NCBI GenBank assembly: GCA_035560235.1
Contig: DATMAG010000120.1
Location: forward strand, 3,930-67,929
Reading direction: 5' to 3'
Origin: Blastocatellia bacterium
GTDB taxonomy: Bacteria; Acidobacteriota; Blastocatellia; RBC074
Length of the DNA stretch: 64,000 bases
Shown: positions 23,454 through 32,773 of the stretch, in pieces
Position numbering within the stretch: the first letter of the stretch is position 1
Layout of the letters: each line of letters opens with the position of its first letter
Position numbers and translations under genes: made by a program
Notes under the pieces: model-generated
Database searches by the model: none
Told to the model about the DNA's origin: nothing
What the model saw: only the letters and a program-made list of their open reading frames with translations

Positions 23454-24593
23454 ATGAATAAAGATCACTGCAAAACCGGTGGCATCAAGAGCAACCCGTA
23501 CCAGACCTCTGGTCACGAATTTATTCGTTCTGCTTTCAATTCGCGTGATCCCGGAAGCAGAACGAATAAATTCCTGGCGAATATATTCGCTTCTGCGTGG
23601 TTGCTTCTGTTGATTCTGGCTGGCGCCGGCTTTTATGCGAGTTGCGGCGGCACGCAGTCAGCGATTGATCCGGCGGGGCCGCAATCGCGCCGCATCAGCT
23701 TTTTATGGTGGCTGATGCTGATTGTGCTGTCGGTGGTTTACGTGATCGTGATGCTGGCGCTCTTTCTCTCTGTCAGGCGCGGGCGGCGGCGCGAACAGGC
23801 AGCGACTGAGCCTGAAGCTGAACAGCGTCTGACCAGAAGAGTCGCCGTCGCGGTCGGCATTACGGTGGTCATTCTCTTCAGTCTGCTGCTCGTTGATTTC
23901 ACGACGGGCCGGGCGATCTATTCGATGCAGTCGAATGATGCCATTGAAATCAAAGTCACCGGTCATCAGTGGTGGTGGGATTTTGAATACGTCGCCGCCG
24001 TGCCGAGTGAGCGCGTGCGCACGGCGAATGAACTTCACATTCCGGTCGGGCGGCCTGTGAAGTTGCAGATGACCTCGCAGGACGTGATTCACAGCTTCTG
24101 GGTGCCGAACCTGCACGGCAAGACCGATCTGCTGCCCGGGCATCAGACTGTGACCTGGCTGCAGGCCGATGAGCCGGGAATTTATCGCGGGCAGTGCGCT
24201 GAATACTGCGGCTATCAGCACGCGCACATGGCAATGGCCCTGATTGCTGAACCGCCCGAGCAGTTCAATGCCTGGCTTGAGAATCAGCGCCGCCCCGCGC
24301 CCGCGCCGATGAATGAAGAGCAGCAGCGCGGGCAGCAGGTTTTTCTGACCCGTTCGTGTGTGATGTGCCATCAGATCAGAGGCACCATCGCGGGCAGTCG
24401 CAGCGCGCCCGACCTGACGCACCTGGCGAGCAGGCATTACATCGCCGCCGGAACGCTCGTCAACAATCGCGGCAATCTGGGCGGCTGGATCGTTGACCCG
24501 CAACGCATCAAGCCCGGCAGCAGAATGCCGCCCAACGACCTGAGCGGCGAGGATCTGAACGCGCTGCTCAGTTATCTGGAGATTCTGAAGTGA
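23454..24593 (+). CDS. coxB: caa3-type cytochrome c oxidase subunit II with fused cytochrome c
   Basis: CuA site H..C.EYCG..H..M (GQCAEYCGYQHAHM) and a C-terminal CVMCH heme-c domain. Confidence 0.85.
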   Translation: MNKDHCKTGGIKSNPYQTSGHEFIRSAFNSRDPGSRTNKFLANIFASAWLLLLILAGAGFYASCGGTQSAIDPAGPQSRRISFLWWLMLIVLSVVYVIVMLALFLSVRRGRRREQAATEPEAEQRLTRRVAVAVGITVVILFSLLLVDFTTGRAIYSMQSNDAIEIKVTGHQWWWDFEYVAAVPSERVRTANELHIPVGRPVKLQMTSQDVIHSFWVPNLHGKTDLLPGHQTVTWLQADEPGIYRGQCAEYCGYQHAHMAMALIAEPPEQFNAWLENQRRPAPAPMNEEQQRGQQVFLTRSCVMCHQIRGTIAGSRSAPDLTHLASRHYIAAGTLVNNRGNLGGWIVDPQRIKPGSRMPPNDLSGEDLNALLSYLEILK

Positions 24594-24675
24594 GAGAAGG
24601 TGATGACCACGCTGCCGCGTGACTGACATTACGGATGCAACTGAAGGTTGCAATAACCGATAACAGCGAAGATCA

Positions 24676-26619
24676 ATGACGCACGAACCATCAATAAATC
24701 CGGCTGATGCTGACCGCGAACGGCGACGGCTTGAGGAGACCTGGCAGGAGCCGGGCGGACTGATCGGCTGGTTCAGGTGCGTTCATCACACGTCCATCGG
24801 GCGGCGGTTCATCATCACGGCTTTTGTCTTTTTTCTGCTCGGCGGCATCGAGGCGGTGCTGCTGCGCATTCAACTGGCGCGGCCTGAAAACAAGTTTCTG
24901 GGGCCGGATCTTTACAACCAGGTCTTCACTATGCACGGCTCGACGATGATGTTTCTCTTTGCTGTGCCGATGATGCTGGCGCTCGGCGTATATCTGGTTC
25001 CGCTGATGGTCGGAGCGCGCAACATTGCCTTCCCGCGCCTGGTTGCCTTTGGTTATTACATCTATCTGTTCGGCGGCATCTTTCTGTACACGATGTTTCT
25101 GCTGAACACCGGGCCTGACAACGGCTGGTTCAGCTATGTGCCGCTCGCGGGGCCTGAATACGGGCCAGGCAAGCGGGCCGATACGTGGGCGCAACTGATC
25201 ACGTTTACCGAAGTCTCGGCGCTGGTGGTCGCGGTTTCGCTGATTACGACTGTCTTCAAGCTGCGCGCGCCGGGAATGACGCTCAACCGGATTCCGATGT
25301 TTGTCTGGGCGATGCTGGTGGTGGCGTTTATGGTCGTCTTTGCGATGCCGACAGTCGCGCTGGCGAGTACGTGCCTGATACTTGATCGCCTGATCAGCAC
25401 GCACTTCTTCAATCCGGCAGAAGGCGGCGATGTGCTGTTGTGGCAGCATCTGTTCTGGTTCTTCGGTCATCCTGAGGTATACATCATCTTCATTCCGGCG
25501 ACGGGCATCATCTCATCCATTCTGCCGGCTTTCTGCCGCCGCAAAATCTTCGGCTATCCGGCGCTGGTGCTGTCGCTGGTTTCGACCGGCTTCATCGGCT
25601 TCGGATTGTGGGTTCATCATATGTTTGCGACCGGATTGCCGAAGCTCGGTCAGAGCTTCTTTACGGCGGCGAGCATGATGATTGCGATTCCGACCGGGAT
25701 TCAGATCTTCTGCTGGATTGCGACGCTCTGGAGCGGCAGGCCTGTTTTCAAAACACCGCTGCTCTTTGTGCTCGGGTTTTTCGTCAACTTCATCATCGGC
25801 GGAATGACGGGGCTGATGCTGGCTTCGGTATCGCTCGATCAGCAGGTGCACGACACATTCTTTGTGGTCGCACATTTTCATTATGTGCTGATCGGCGGCG
25901 CGGTCTTTCCGCTCTTTGGCGGGTTCTATTACTGGTTTCCGAAGTTCACCGGACGCCGGCTGAGTGAACGCGCGGGCCGGTGGGTCTTTGCGCTGCTGCT
26001 CATCGGCTTCAATCTGACTTTCTTTCCGATGCATCAGCTTGGCCTCAAAGGAATGCCGCGCCGGGTTTATACATACCTGCCTGAAATGGGCTGGGGCGGG
26101 CTGAACCTGCTGGCTTCAATCGGCGGCGTCATCATTGTCACAAGCGTGCTGGTCTTTCTGATTGATGTCGTGCGCAGCCTGCGAGCGGGTGAAGTCGCGG
26201 GCGACAATCCCTGGCAGGCAGGCACGCTCGAATGGGCGACGAGTTCGCCGCCGCCTGATTACAACTTCGTTTTCATTCCGACTGTCGCGGGGCGCGAAAC
26301 GTTGTGGGAGCAGCGCGAGCAGCAGCGCGTAGTCACGGGCCTTCGCAGCGATCTGCGCGAAGCGCTGGTGACGCAGGTGCTGGATGCCGCGCCCGATCAC
26401 AAAACGCTGATGCCTGATCCTTCGATCTGGCCGTTTCTGAGCGCGATTGCCACGACAGGTCTGTTTGTCGGTTCGATTTTCAATGCCTGGGCCGTGCCGA
26501 TTGGCGCAGTGCCGGTGACGGTTGCGCTGATCGGCTGGTTCTGGCCAAAACAGCAGGAACACGAAGAGGAGCTTGAATCCGAACGCGATCAGCAGCCGGT
26601 GATGGAGGGACAGGCGTGA
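24676..26619 (+). CDS. coxA: cytochrome c oxidase subunit I
   Basis: Twelve or more TM helices, WFFGHPEVYI and HHMF... His ligands; 647 aa. Confidence 0.95.
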   Translation: MTHEPSINPADADRERRRLEETWQEPGGLIGWFRCVHHTSIGRRFIITAFVFFLLGGIEAVLLRIQLARPENKFLGPDLYNQVFTMHGSTMMFLFAVPMMLALGVYLVPLMVGARNIAFPRLVAFGYYIYLFGGIFLYTMFLLNTGPDNGWFSYVPLAGPEYGPGKRADTWAQLITFTEVSALVVAVSLITTVFKLRAPGMTLNRIPMFVWAMLVVAFMVVFAMPTVALASTCLILDRLISTHFFNPAEGGDVLLWQHLFWFFGHPEVYIIFIPATGIISSILPAFCRRKIFGYPALVLSLVSTGFIGFGLWVHHMFATGLPKLGQSFFTAASMMIAIPTGIQIFCWIATLWSGRPVFKTPLLFVLGFFVNFIIGGMTGLMLASVSLDQQVHDTFFVVAHFHYVLIGGAVFPLFGGFYYWFPKFTGRRLSERAGRWVFALLLIGFNLTFFPMHQLGLKGMPRRVYTYLPEMGWGGLNLLASIGGVIIVTSVLVFLIDVVRSLRAGEVAGDNPWQAGTLEWATSSPPPDYNFVFIPTVAGRETLWEQREQQRVVTGLRSDLREALVTQVLDAAPDHKTLMPDPSIWPFLSAIATTGLFVGSIFNAWAVPIGAVPVTVALIGWFWPKQQEHEEELESERDQQPVMEGQA

Positions 26620-27218
26620 GAGAGGATCAGACATTCGATGTTTCGCACCTGCCCGCGTCTGCCTTCGGGCCGCGCAGCCTGATGTGGTGGGGCACGCTCG
26701 GCATCATCCTGATCGAAGGCACGATGTTTGCGATGCTGATCGGCATGTACTTTTACCTGCGCGGGCGCGTGCCGGACTGGCCGCCGAATGCCGCGCCGCC
26801 TGCACTGCGCTTCGGGATTGCCAACACCATCGTGCTGATTGCGAGTGTGCTGCCGAACAGCTGGTACAAGCGCGCCGCTGAAAAACACGACCTGACGAAG
26901 GTGCGCATCGGTCTGGTCATCAGTCTGATCTTTGCCGCCGCTTTCATCGTCATCAGGTTTTATGAATTCTCGACGCTCAATTGCCGGTGGGACACGAACG
27001 CTTACGGCTCGGTGGTGTGGACGCTGATGGGTTTTCACACGACGCATCTGATTACCGATTTCATTGATACGGCAGTGCTGACGGTGCTGATGTTTACCGG
27101 GCCGATTGAAGGCAAGCGGTTCTCTGACGTCAGCGACAACGCTTTTTACTGGTACTTCGTCGTGATCGTCTGGCTGCCGATCTTTGCCGCGATCTATCTC
27201 GCGCCGCGATTGATTTGA
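26616..27218 (+). CDS. coxC: cytochrome c oxidase subunit III
   Basis: Subunit-III-like TM pattern; overlaps the coxA stop. Confidence 0.75.
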   Translation: MREDQTFDVSHLPASAFGPRSLMWWGTLGIILIEGTMFAMLIGMYFYLRGRVPDWPPNAAPPALRFGIANTIVLIASVLPNSWYKRAAEKHDLTKVRIGLVISLIFAAAFIVIRFYEFSTLNCRWDTNAYGSVVWTLMGFHTTHLITDFIDTAVLTVLMFTGPIEGKRFSDVSDNAFYWYFVVIVWLPIFAAIYLAPRLI

Positions 27219-27233
27219 GGATGTAAAAGCAGG

Positions 27234-27363
27234 CACGAATGAACACGAATTCTTCTGAAGAGCGTATGTGAGAAGTGCGGCTCAACTCCTCTTGCCCGCT
27301 CCGCGGACAGGAAGAAATACTGATGTTTCCATCAGTATTCGTGAACATTCGTGTTCATTCGTG
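27234..27363. repeat. MITE-like palindromic element with CACGAATGAACACGAAT terminal inverted repeats
   Basis: Arm 27234-27252 CACGAATGAACACGAATTC and arm 27337-27363 ATTCGTGAACATTCGTGTTCATTCGTG. An internal palindrome GAAATACTGATG..CATCAGTATTC is also present. Confidence 0.6.
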
Positions 27364-27377
27364 GCCGACTGAAAAAC

Positions 27378-27755
27378 ATGCCTGAGCCGACGGACAACTA
27401 TTTCAATCAGCGCAGCGGCATTCTCGCGTTGTGGGCGGGGCTGCTGGCCGGGCCGCTGGCGTGGGCGCTGGCGCAGCAGGTCGGGTATCTCTTCGTCACG
27501 CTCGACTGCTCCTATGAAAAGACGCTGCTGCTGTCGCCGGTGATGCTGGTGGCGCTGCTGATGGCGGCTTCAGGCGCGCTGATATCGTGGCGCAACTGGC
27601 AGCGCGCAGGCGGTGAACTGCCTGATGAAGGCGGCACGGTCATTTCGCGCAGCCGGTTTATGGCGGTCGTCGGACTGCTGCTCAGCAGCCTGGCGCTGCT
27701 GCTCGTGATTGCCGAGTGGCTGCCGGTCTTCTTCTACCGGCAGTGTCAGAGGTGA
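27378..27755 (+). CDS. small membrane protein in the caa3 operon (possible subunit IV-like)
   Basis: Three predicted TM helices and operon position. Start set after the palindromic element. Confidence 0.4.
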   Translation: MPEPTDNYFNQRSGILALWAGLLAGPLAWALAQQVGYLFVTLDCSYEKTLLLSPVMLVALLMAASGALISWRNWQRAGGELPDEGGTVISRSRFMAVVGLLLSSLALLLVIAEWLPVFFYRQCQR

Positions 27756-28700
27756 ATGATGAAGCTTCGCCGCAGTGCCGCAATCAGCCTGTTGATCCTG
27801 GCCGCAATGACCACTGCGGTCAGCGCGCACGAAGGCGAGCCGCCCGCGCCGCACGATCTGTGGACGGCGTGGAGTTTTGAACCTCTCGTCATTGTCAGCC
27901 TGCTTGTTTCAGCGTGGCTTTACGTGAGCGGAGTGCGGCGCGTGTGGCAACAGGCTCAACCGGGGCGCGGAGTGAGATGGTGGGAAGCGGCAGCGTTTGC
28001 CGGTGGCTGGCTGGCTTTGTTTGTCGCGCTGGTGTCGCCGGTTGATGCGCTCGGCAGCGCGCTCTTTTCGGCGCACATGCTGCAGCACGAAATTCTGATG
28101 GTGGTGGCCGCGCCGCTGCTCGTGCTGAGCCGCCCGCTGACGGCGTGGCTGTGGGCTTTGCCGCTTGAATGGCGACGCCGGGCAGGCCGGCTGGGCAGTC
28201 ACGCTCAGGTGCAGCAGGTCTGGCGCGGAATGACAAACCTGCTGGCGGCGTGGCTGATTCACGCGGTGGTGCTGTGGGGCTGGCATCTGCCGCTGCTCTT
28301 TCAGGCGACGCTTGAAAGCGAAGCGGTTCACGCGGCGCAGCATCTGAGCTTCTTTGTCTCGGCGCTGCTCTTTTATCAGGCGCTGCTTGTCAGGCGCAAC
28401 GGACAAATGAACGCAGGCGCAGGCGTTTTGTACGTTTTCACGACGGCAGTGCATACGAGTGTGCTGGGCGCGCTGCTGACCTTCTCAAATGCGCTCTGGT
28501 ATCCGGCCTATCGTGAAACCACTGCGGCGTGGGGACTCTCGCCGCTTGAGGATCAGCAGCTTGGCGGGCTGATTATGTGGGTGCCTGCCGGAGTCGTTTA
28601 CATCATTGGCGGGCTGGCGCTCTTTGGCCTGTGGCTGCGTGAATCTGAACGCAGTCTGCGCCGCCGCGAAAATGCGGTGATATTCGATGCGGGTGACTGA
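27756..28700 (+). CDS. ctaG: Caa3-type cytochrome oxidase assembly factor CtaG
   Basis: A polytopic membrane protein with conserved His-rich blocks (HMLQHEILM; HLSFF), positioned after coxC. Confidence 0.55.
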   Translation: MMKLRRSAAISLLILAAMTTAVSAHEGEPPAPHDLWTAWSFEPLVIVSLLVSAWLYVSGVRRVWQQAQPGRGVRWWEAAAFAGGWLALFVALVSPVDALGSALFSAHMLQHEILMVVAAPLLVLSRPLTAWLWALPLEWRRRAGRLGSHAQVQQVWRGMTNLLAAWLIHAVVLWGWHLPLLFQATLESEAVHAAQHLSFFVSALLFYQALLVRRNGQMNAGAGVLYVFTTAVHTSVLGALLTFSNALWYPAYRETTAAWGLSPLEDQQLGGLIMWVPAGVVYIIGGLALFGLWLRESERSLRRRENAVIFDAGD

Positions 28701-29087
28701 ATGAAACTGTGCAGACGAATGATGACAGCGATGTTGCTGTCGGCTCTGATCCTGATTGGCGCGTGCGTGAGACGCGGGGCCGATCAGGAGGGAGCAGAAC
28801 TGACCGCAGGTGATCCGGCACGGGGCCGTGTCGCAATCGTGCGGTATGGCTGCGGCGCGTGCCACGCGATTCCCGGCGTGAGCAATGCAAAGGGGCTGGT
28901 CGGCCCGCCGCTCAGCGGCATTGCAAATCGCGCTTATATCGGTGGCGTGCTCGGCAACACGCCTGACAATATGATCGAGTGGCTGCGCAATCCGCAGGCT
29001 GTCAGTCCGAAGACGGCGATGCCGAACCTTCACGTCAGCGAAAGAGACGCGCGGGACATTGCCAGTTACCTGTACACCCTCAAATAA
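28701..29087 (+). CDS. c-type cytochrome, lipoprotein
   Basis: CGACHAIPG heme motif and signal/lipobox LIGAC. Confidence 0.65.
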   Translation: MKLCRRMMTAMLLSALILIGACVRRGADQEGAELTAGDPARGRVAIVRYGCGACHAIPGVSNAKGLVGPPLSGIANRAYIGGVLGNTPDNMIEWLRNPQAVSPKTAMPNLHVSERDARDIASYLYTLK

Positions 29088-29090
29088 ACG

Positions 29091-29552
29091 ATGCGCCAGG
29101 CACTGCAAAGCGGGAGAACAATTCAGGCGATCATCGCGCTGCTGATGGCGGGCGGCCTGGTCTTCTGGCTGGTCGCAGAAGCAGGCAAACCGGCAGGCAC
29201 GAAAAAGCTAAAGGTCGCAACAGGTGATCTGCGCTCGATTGCCTCAGAGGCCGTGATGCTGATTGATCAGGCCGAGGCTGGCAGGCTGACGGCAAATTTC
29301 TTTCGGATTGAAAGCTCGCTGCTGAGCGAGAAGGCCGCTTCAACAGCGCAGAGCGCTGCCACAAGCAGACCACAGGCCGGACTCGAAGGACTGTTTGCAC
29401 AGACAGCCGGGATGGCGCAGCAGGCAGCGAATGAACTGCACGGCCTTTCATCATCCTTCGGAAATCGCGAAGTGATGGAGAGCGCGAAAAAGAAGCTGGC
29501 AGAAATAAAGCAGCAGGCTCTGAGGCTCGAAGAGAGCCTGCGCCGGTCATAA
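29091..29552 (+). CDS. hypothetical single-pass membrane protein
   Basis: ORF with one N-terminal TM and an Ala/Gln-rich helical tail. Confidence 0.35.
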   Translation: MRQALQSGRTIQAIIALLMAGGLVFWLVAEAGKPAGTKKLKVATGDLRSIASEAVMLIDQAEAGRLTANFFRIESSLLSEKAASTAQSAATSRPQAGLEGLFAQTAGMAQQAANELHGLSSSFGNREVMESAKKKLAEIKQQALRLEESLRRS

Positions 29553-29564
29553 GCCTGAAAGCGC

Positions 29565-29690
29565 AGCCCTGGAGCAGCCCCGGAGCGCGGGCAGCCCTGC
29601 CCGCCTGAATTGCGCAACGGTTCGCCTGCAGAGGAACTGCGGGCAGGGCTGCCCGGGCTCCAGGGCTGCGTTGCCGGGGTAAAGGCAATC
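29565..29690. repeat. long imperfect inverted repeat (GC-rich)
   Basis: GCAGCCCTGGAGCAGCCCCGGAGCGCGGGCAGCCCTGCCCGC ... GCGGGCAGGGCTGCCCGGGCTCCAGGGCTGC. Confidence 0.45.
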
Positions 29691-29695
29691 GCGAA

Positions 29696-30934
29696 GTGAG
29701 AAAGTTTCTGGAGATATTTCTGAGCATCCTGACCGCGATGGGCGGGTTCGTTGAAATTGGTGAACTGGTCTTTTCGGTCAATGCGGGCGCGAAGTTCGGT
29801 TTCAGCCTGCTCTGGGTGGTGGCGCTCGGAACTGTCGGCATCATTGTTTACGGCGAAATGGCCGGGCGCGTTGCGGCTGTCGCCAAACAGCCGGTCTTCA
29901 GCCTGATTCGTGAACGCACGGGCTTCACGGTCGGACTCGGAACACTGATCGCGGCCAACATCGTCAGCCTGCTCACCTGCGCGGCTGAAATCGGCGGCCT
30001 GGCGATTATTCTGCGGCTGCTTTCGGGCTGGCCTTACCGGCTGCTGATTGTGGCGGCGTTCGTCGCGCTGCTCGTGATCGTCTGGTTTTTCTCCTTCAAA
30101 TGGATCGAGAGATTTTTCGGACTGCTCGGGCTGCTGATGATTGTCTTTATCGCGGCGGCAGCGGCGCTCGGGCCTGACTGGTCGCAGGTGGCGCTCGGTT
30201 TTATTCCCAATGTTCCGCAGGTCGAATCGCGGGCGGAATACTTCAGCTACGCTTATTTCGTCGTCGCGCTGATGAGTTCGATCATGCTGCCGTATGAAAC
30301 TTACTTCTATGCGTCGGGAGCGATTGAAGACCGGTGGGAACCGGCGGACATCAATGTCAACCGGGTGATCGTCGTCATCGGCTTCGTGCTCGGTTCGCTG
30401 CTCTCGGTCGGGCTGATTCTGATTGGTGCGCAGCTTTTTCTGCCGGTAAAACTCGAACCCGATCTGCCGGGCGCGGCAGCGCTGGGGCCTGTGGCTGCGT
30501 TCGGAAAGACGGGGCTGCTGCTTGCGCTCGCGGGAATGCTCTTCGCCTTCGGTGGCGCGGCGGTCGAAAACGCGCTGACAGGGGCTTACAACCTGGCGCA
30601 GTTTCTCGGCTGGTCGTGGGGGAAGTTTCGCGGGGCAGCGGGCGCGCCGCGCTTCACGCTGGCGTGGCTGGTGATGTTTGCGCTTGCGATGCTGATTGTC
30701 GTGACCGGAGTTGATCCGGTGATGGTCGTTGAATATTCGATCATTTTTTCAGTGATTATTCTGCCGCTCAGTTACCTGCCGCTGCTGATGGTGGCGAGCG
30801 ATGAGCTGATTATGGGGCCGTTTGTGAACGGGTGGCTGGCGAAGACGCTCGGCTGGTTTTATCTGATTGTGATCTGCATCGCGGCGCTGTGCGCCGTGCC
30901 GCTGCTCGTGATTACACACGGAGGGAAGGGATGA
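29696..30934 (+). CDS. NRAMP-superfamily transporter with non-canonical TM1 motif
   Basis: Aligns to MntH TM1-TM6 (FG(F/Y)xLLWVV). It has FVEIGE where MntH has YIDPGN, and IMLPYE where MntH has VMPHNL. Confidence 0.55.
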   Translation: MRKFLEIFLSILTAMGGFVEIGELVFSVNAGAKFGFSLLWVVALGTVGIIVYGEMAGRVAAVAKQPVFSLIRERTGFTVGLGTLIAANIVSLLTCAAEIGGLAIILRLLSGWPYRLLIVAAFVALLVIVWFFSFKWIERFFGLLGLLMIVFIAAAAALGPDWSQVALGFIPNVPQVESRAEYFSYAYFVVALMSSIMLPYETYFYASGAIEDRWEPADINVNRVIVVIGFVLGSLLSVGLILIGAQLFLPVKLEPDLPGAAALGPVAAFGKTGLLLALAGMLFAFGGAAVENALTGAYNLAQFLGWSWGKFRGAAGAPRFTLAWLVMFALAMLIVVTGVDPVMVVEYSIIFSVIILPLSYLPLLMVASDELIMGPFVNGWLAKTLGWFYLIVICIAALCAVPLLVITHGGKG

Positions 30935-31281
30935 AAGCGCCACATCTCGACATCGTGCGGATGGTTCTGGACCGGCAACTGCTCGATTCAAATTACATCG
31001 AATGCGGCAGGGTTGAGGATGTGGAGCTTGAAGGCGGGCCGGATGAACTGAAGGTGACGGCTGTCATCACCGGGCCGGGCGCAGTGACAGATCACTTTCC
31101 GCGCTGGCTGCAACCGCTCGCGCGCCGGGTTTTCGGTCATCGCACGGTGCGTGTGCCCTGGGCAGAGGTGCTGATTATTACAAGCCGGATCAAACTGAAA
31201 TCGCGGGCCGCAGCGCTTGGCCTGGCTGATGAAGATAAGCGGGTCGCGAGGTGGCTCAGAAAGCTGCCGGGATCTGAATGA
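30931..31281 (+). CDS. small PRC-barrel-like protein
   Basis: Short ORF coupled to the transporter stop. Paired with the PRC-barrel ORF downstream. Confidence 0.4.
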   Translation: MKAPHLDIVRMVLDRQLLDSNYIECGRVEDVELEGGPDELKVTAVITGPGAVTDHFPRWLQPLARRVFGHRTVRVPWAEVLIITSRIKLKSRAAALGLADEDKRVARWLRKLPGSE

Positions 31282-31538
31282 AATTATCTGAACTGCTCAG
31301 AATGGAAGTGGTCGCGCGCGACGGCAGGCATCTCGGCTGGGTGATTGACCTGCGCTGCGCGGGCGAACCGGAACACGGCGATGCGCGCCCGGAGCGCATC
31401 GTCAGCGAACTCGTTTACGGCAAGGCCGGGTGGCTTGAACGCCTGGGCTTCAGAGCCGTCAGAGAAAGACGAACTCCCTGGGCCGCAGTCACTGCCATCG
31501 AAAACGGAAGAATCATCATTGCCGATGAAGCTGAATAA
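31278..31538 (+). CDS. PRC-barrel domain protein
   Basis: MEVVARDGRHLGWVIDL...IVSELVY motif, typical of PRC barrels. Confidence 0.5.
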   Translation: MKLSELLRMEVVARDGRHLGWVIDLRCAGEPEHGDARPERIVSELVYGKAGWLERLGFRAVRERRTPWAAVTAIENGRIIIADEAE

Positions 31539-32541
31539 AACAGCTTGGTCTGTCAGCTCAGCCGCAGTCATCATCGCGGCGCTGATTTTTTGCCGGCCCT
31601 TTAATGCCGGCGCGCAGAAGACTGTTCCGCTCATTTATGTCAGCAATGAACGCGACGGCACAATCACGGTCATCAACACGAAAACCGATCAGGTTGTTTC
31701 GACCATTCGCATCGGCGGCAGACCGCGCGGCATTCAGCTCAGTCCCGACGGGCGCACGCTTTACGTTGCGCTGAGCCGTTCGCTGCGGGCGACCTCATCA
31801 GACGTGACGGATCAGATTGCGGCGCTCGATCCGGTTTCGGGAAAGGTGAAAGCGAGCTACAGCGTCGGGCCTGATCCCGAACAGTTCGCGGTCAGTCAGG
31901 ACGGAGCGCGGTTGTACGTGACCAATGAGGACGCCGGAACCGCGACGATCACCGATCTGCGAACGCGGCGCGTGCTGGCGACGCTGGTTGTTGGCACTGA
32001 ACCTGAAGGCGTGGCGATCAGTCCTGACGGGCGCTGGGTCTATGTGACTTCAGAGACCAGCAACATCATTTCGGTGATCGACACGCGCGCGCAGCGCGTC
32101 AGCCTCAACTTTCCGGTTGATCCGCGCCCGCGCGCCGCTGCCTTCTCGTCTGACGGGACGCGGGCTTTTGTGACAAGTGAAAACGGCGGAACGGTGATGG
32201 TCATTGATGCGCGCAGGCATCAGGTCATTCAGACCATCCCGCGCCCTGACAACGCCGCGCGCCCGATGGGCATTGTGGTTTCGCGCGATGGCCGCACAAT
32301 CTATGTCGCCAACGGGCGCGGCAACAATGTCTCGGTGATTGACGGGCAGACATACCAGTTGCGCGAACTGATCCCGACCGGCGCGCGGCCCTGGGGCATC
32401 GCGCTCACGCCGAATGGAAAGAAGCTCTATACAGCCAACGGGCTTTCAAACGATGTTTCAGTCATAGACACGGCCACGCGTTGCGTCATCGCCACGATCA
32501 GGGCAGGTGACGGTCCCTGGGGCATTGCCGTCAGAGGCTGA
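31525..32541 (+). CDS. YVTN-family beta-propeller repeat protein (secreted)
   Basis: Signal peptide and repeated ~40-aa units (LYVSNERDGTITVIN, LYVTNEDAGTATITD, VYVTSETSNIISVID, IYVANGRGNNVSVID, LYTANGLSNDVSVID). Confidence 0.65.
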   Translation: MKLNKTAWSVSSAAVIIAALIFCRPFNAGAQKTVPLIYVSNERDGTITVINTKTDQVVSTIRIGGRPRGIQLSPDGRTLYVALSRSLRATSSDVTDQIAALDPVSGKVKASYSVGPDPEQFAVSQDGARLYVTNEDAGTATITDLRTRRVLATLVVGTEPEGVAISPDGRWVYVTSETSNIISVIDTRAQRVSLNFPVDPRPRAAAFSSDGTRAFVTSENGGTVMVIDARRHQVIQTIPRPDNAARPMGIVVSRDGRTIYVANGRGNNVSVIDGQTYQLRELIPTGARPWGIALTPNGKKLYTANGLSNDVSVIDTATRCVIATIRAGDGPWGIAVRG

Positions 32542-32773
32542 CCTGTGCGCGGCTGAATTGAATCAGCCCGGCTTTCAGTTCAGTCTGCCTCAGCCGTCTG
32601 CCATTAAAGTCTGATCAGCAACCCGCCTGAGGCACCCTGCTTGCTGAAGATCAGGCAGGGATTCATCGTTGACAGATCACGATAACGACGGACGGCGGGG
32701 TCGGTCAGTTCGCCGCCGCTCCGCTGTCTTTGGTGAAGTGACGGGGAGCAGATCAGAAGAAGGAGGGAGAACA

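Noticed and set aside
27351-28700. Possible TGA read-through joining the small membrane ORF to ctaG (same frame, TGA at 27753-55)
   Set aside because: The downstream gene begins with its own ATG and an N-terminal hydrophobic segment right after the TGA. No domain is split across the stop. A same-frame arrangement is expected by chance in a third of cases.
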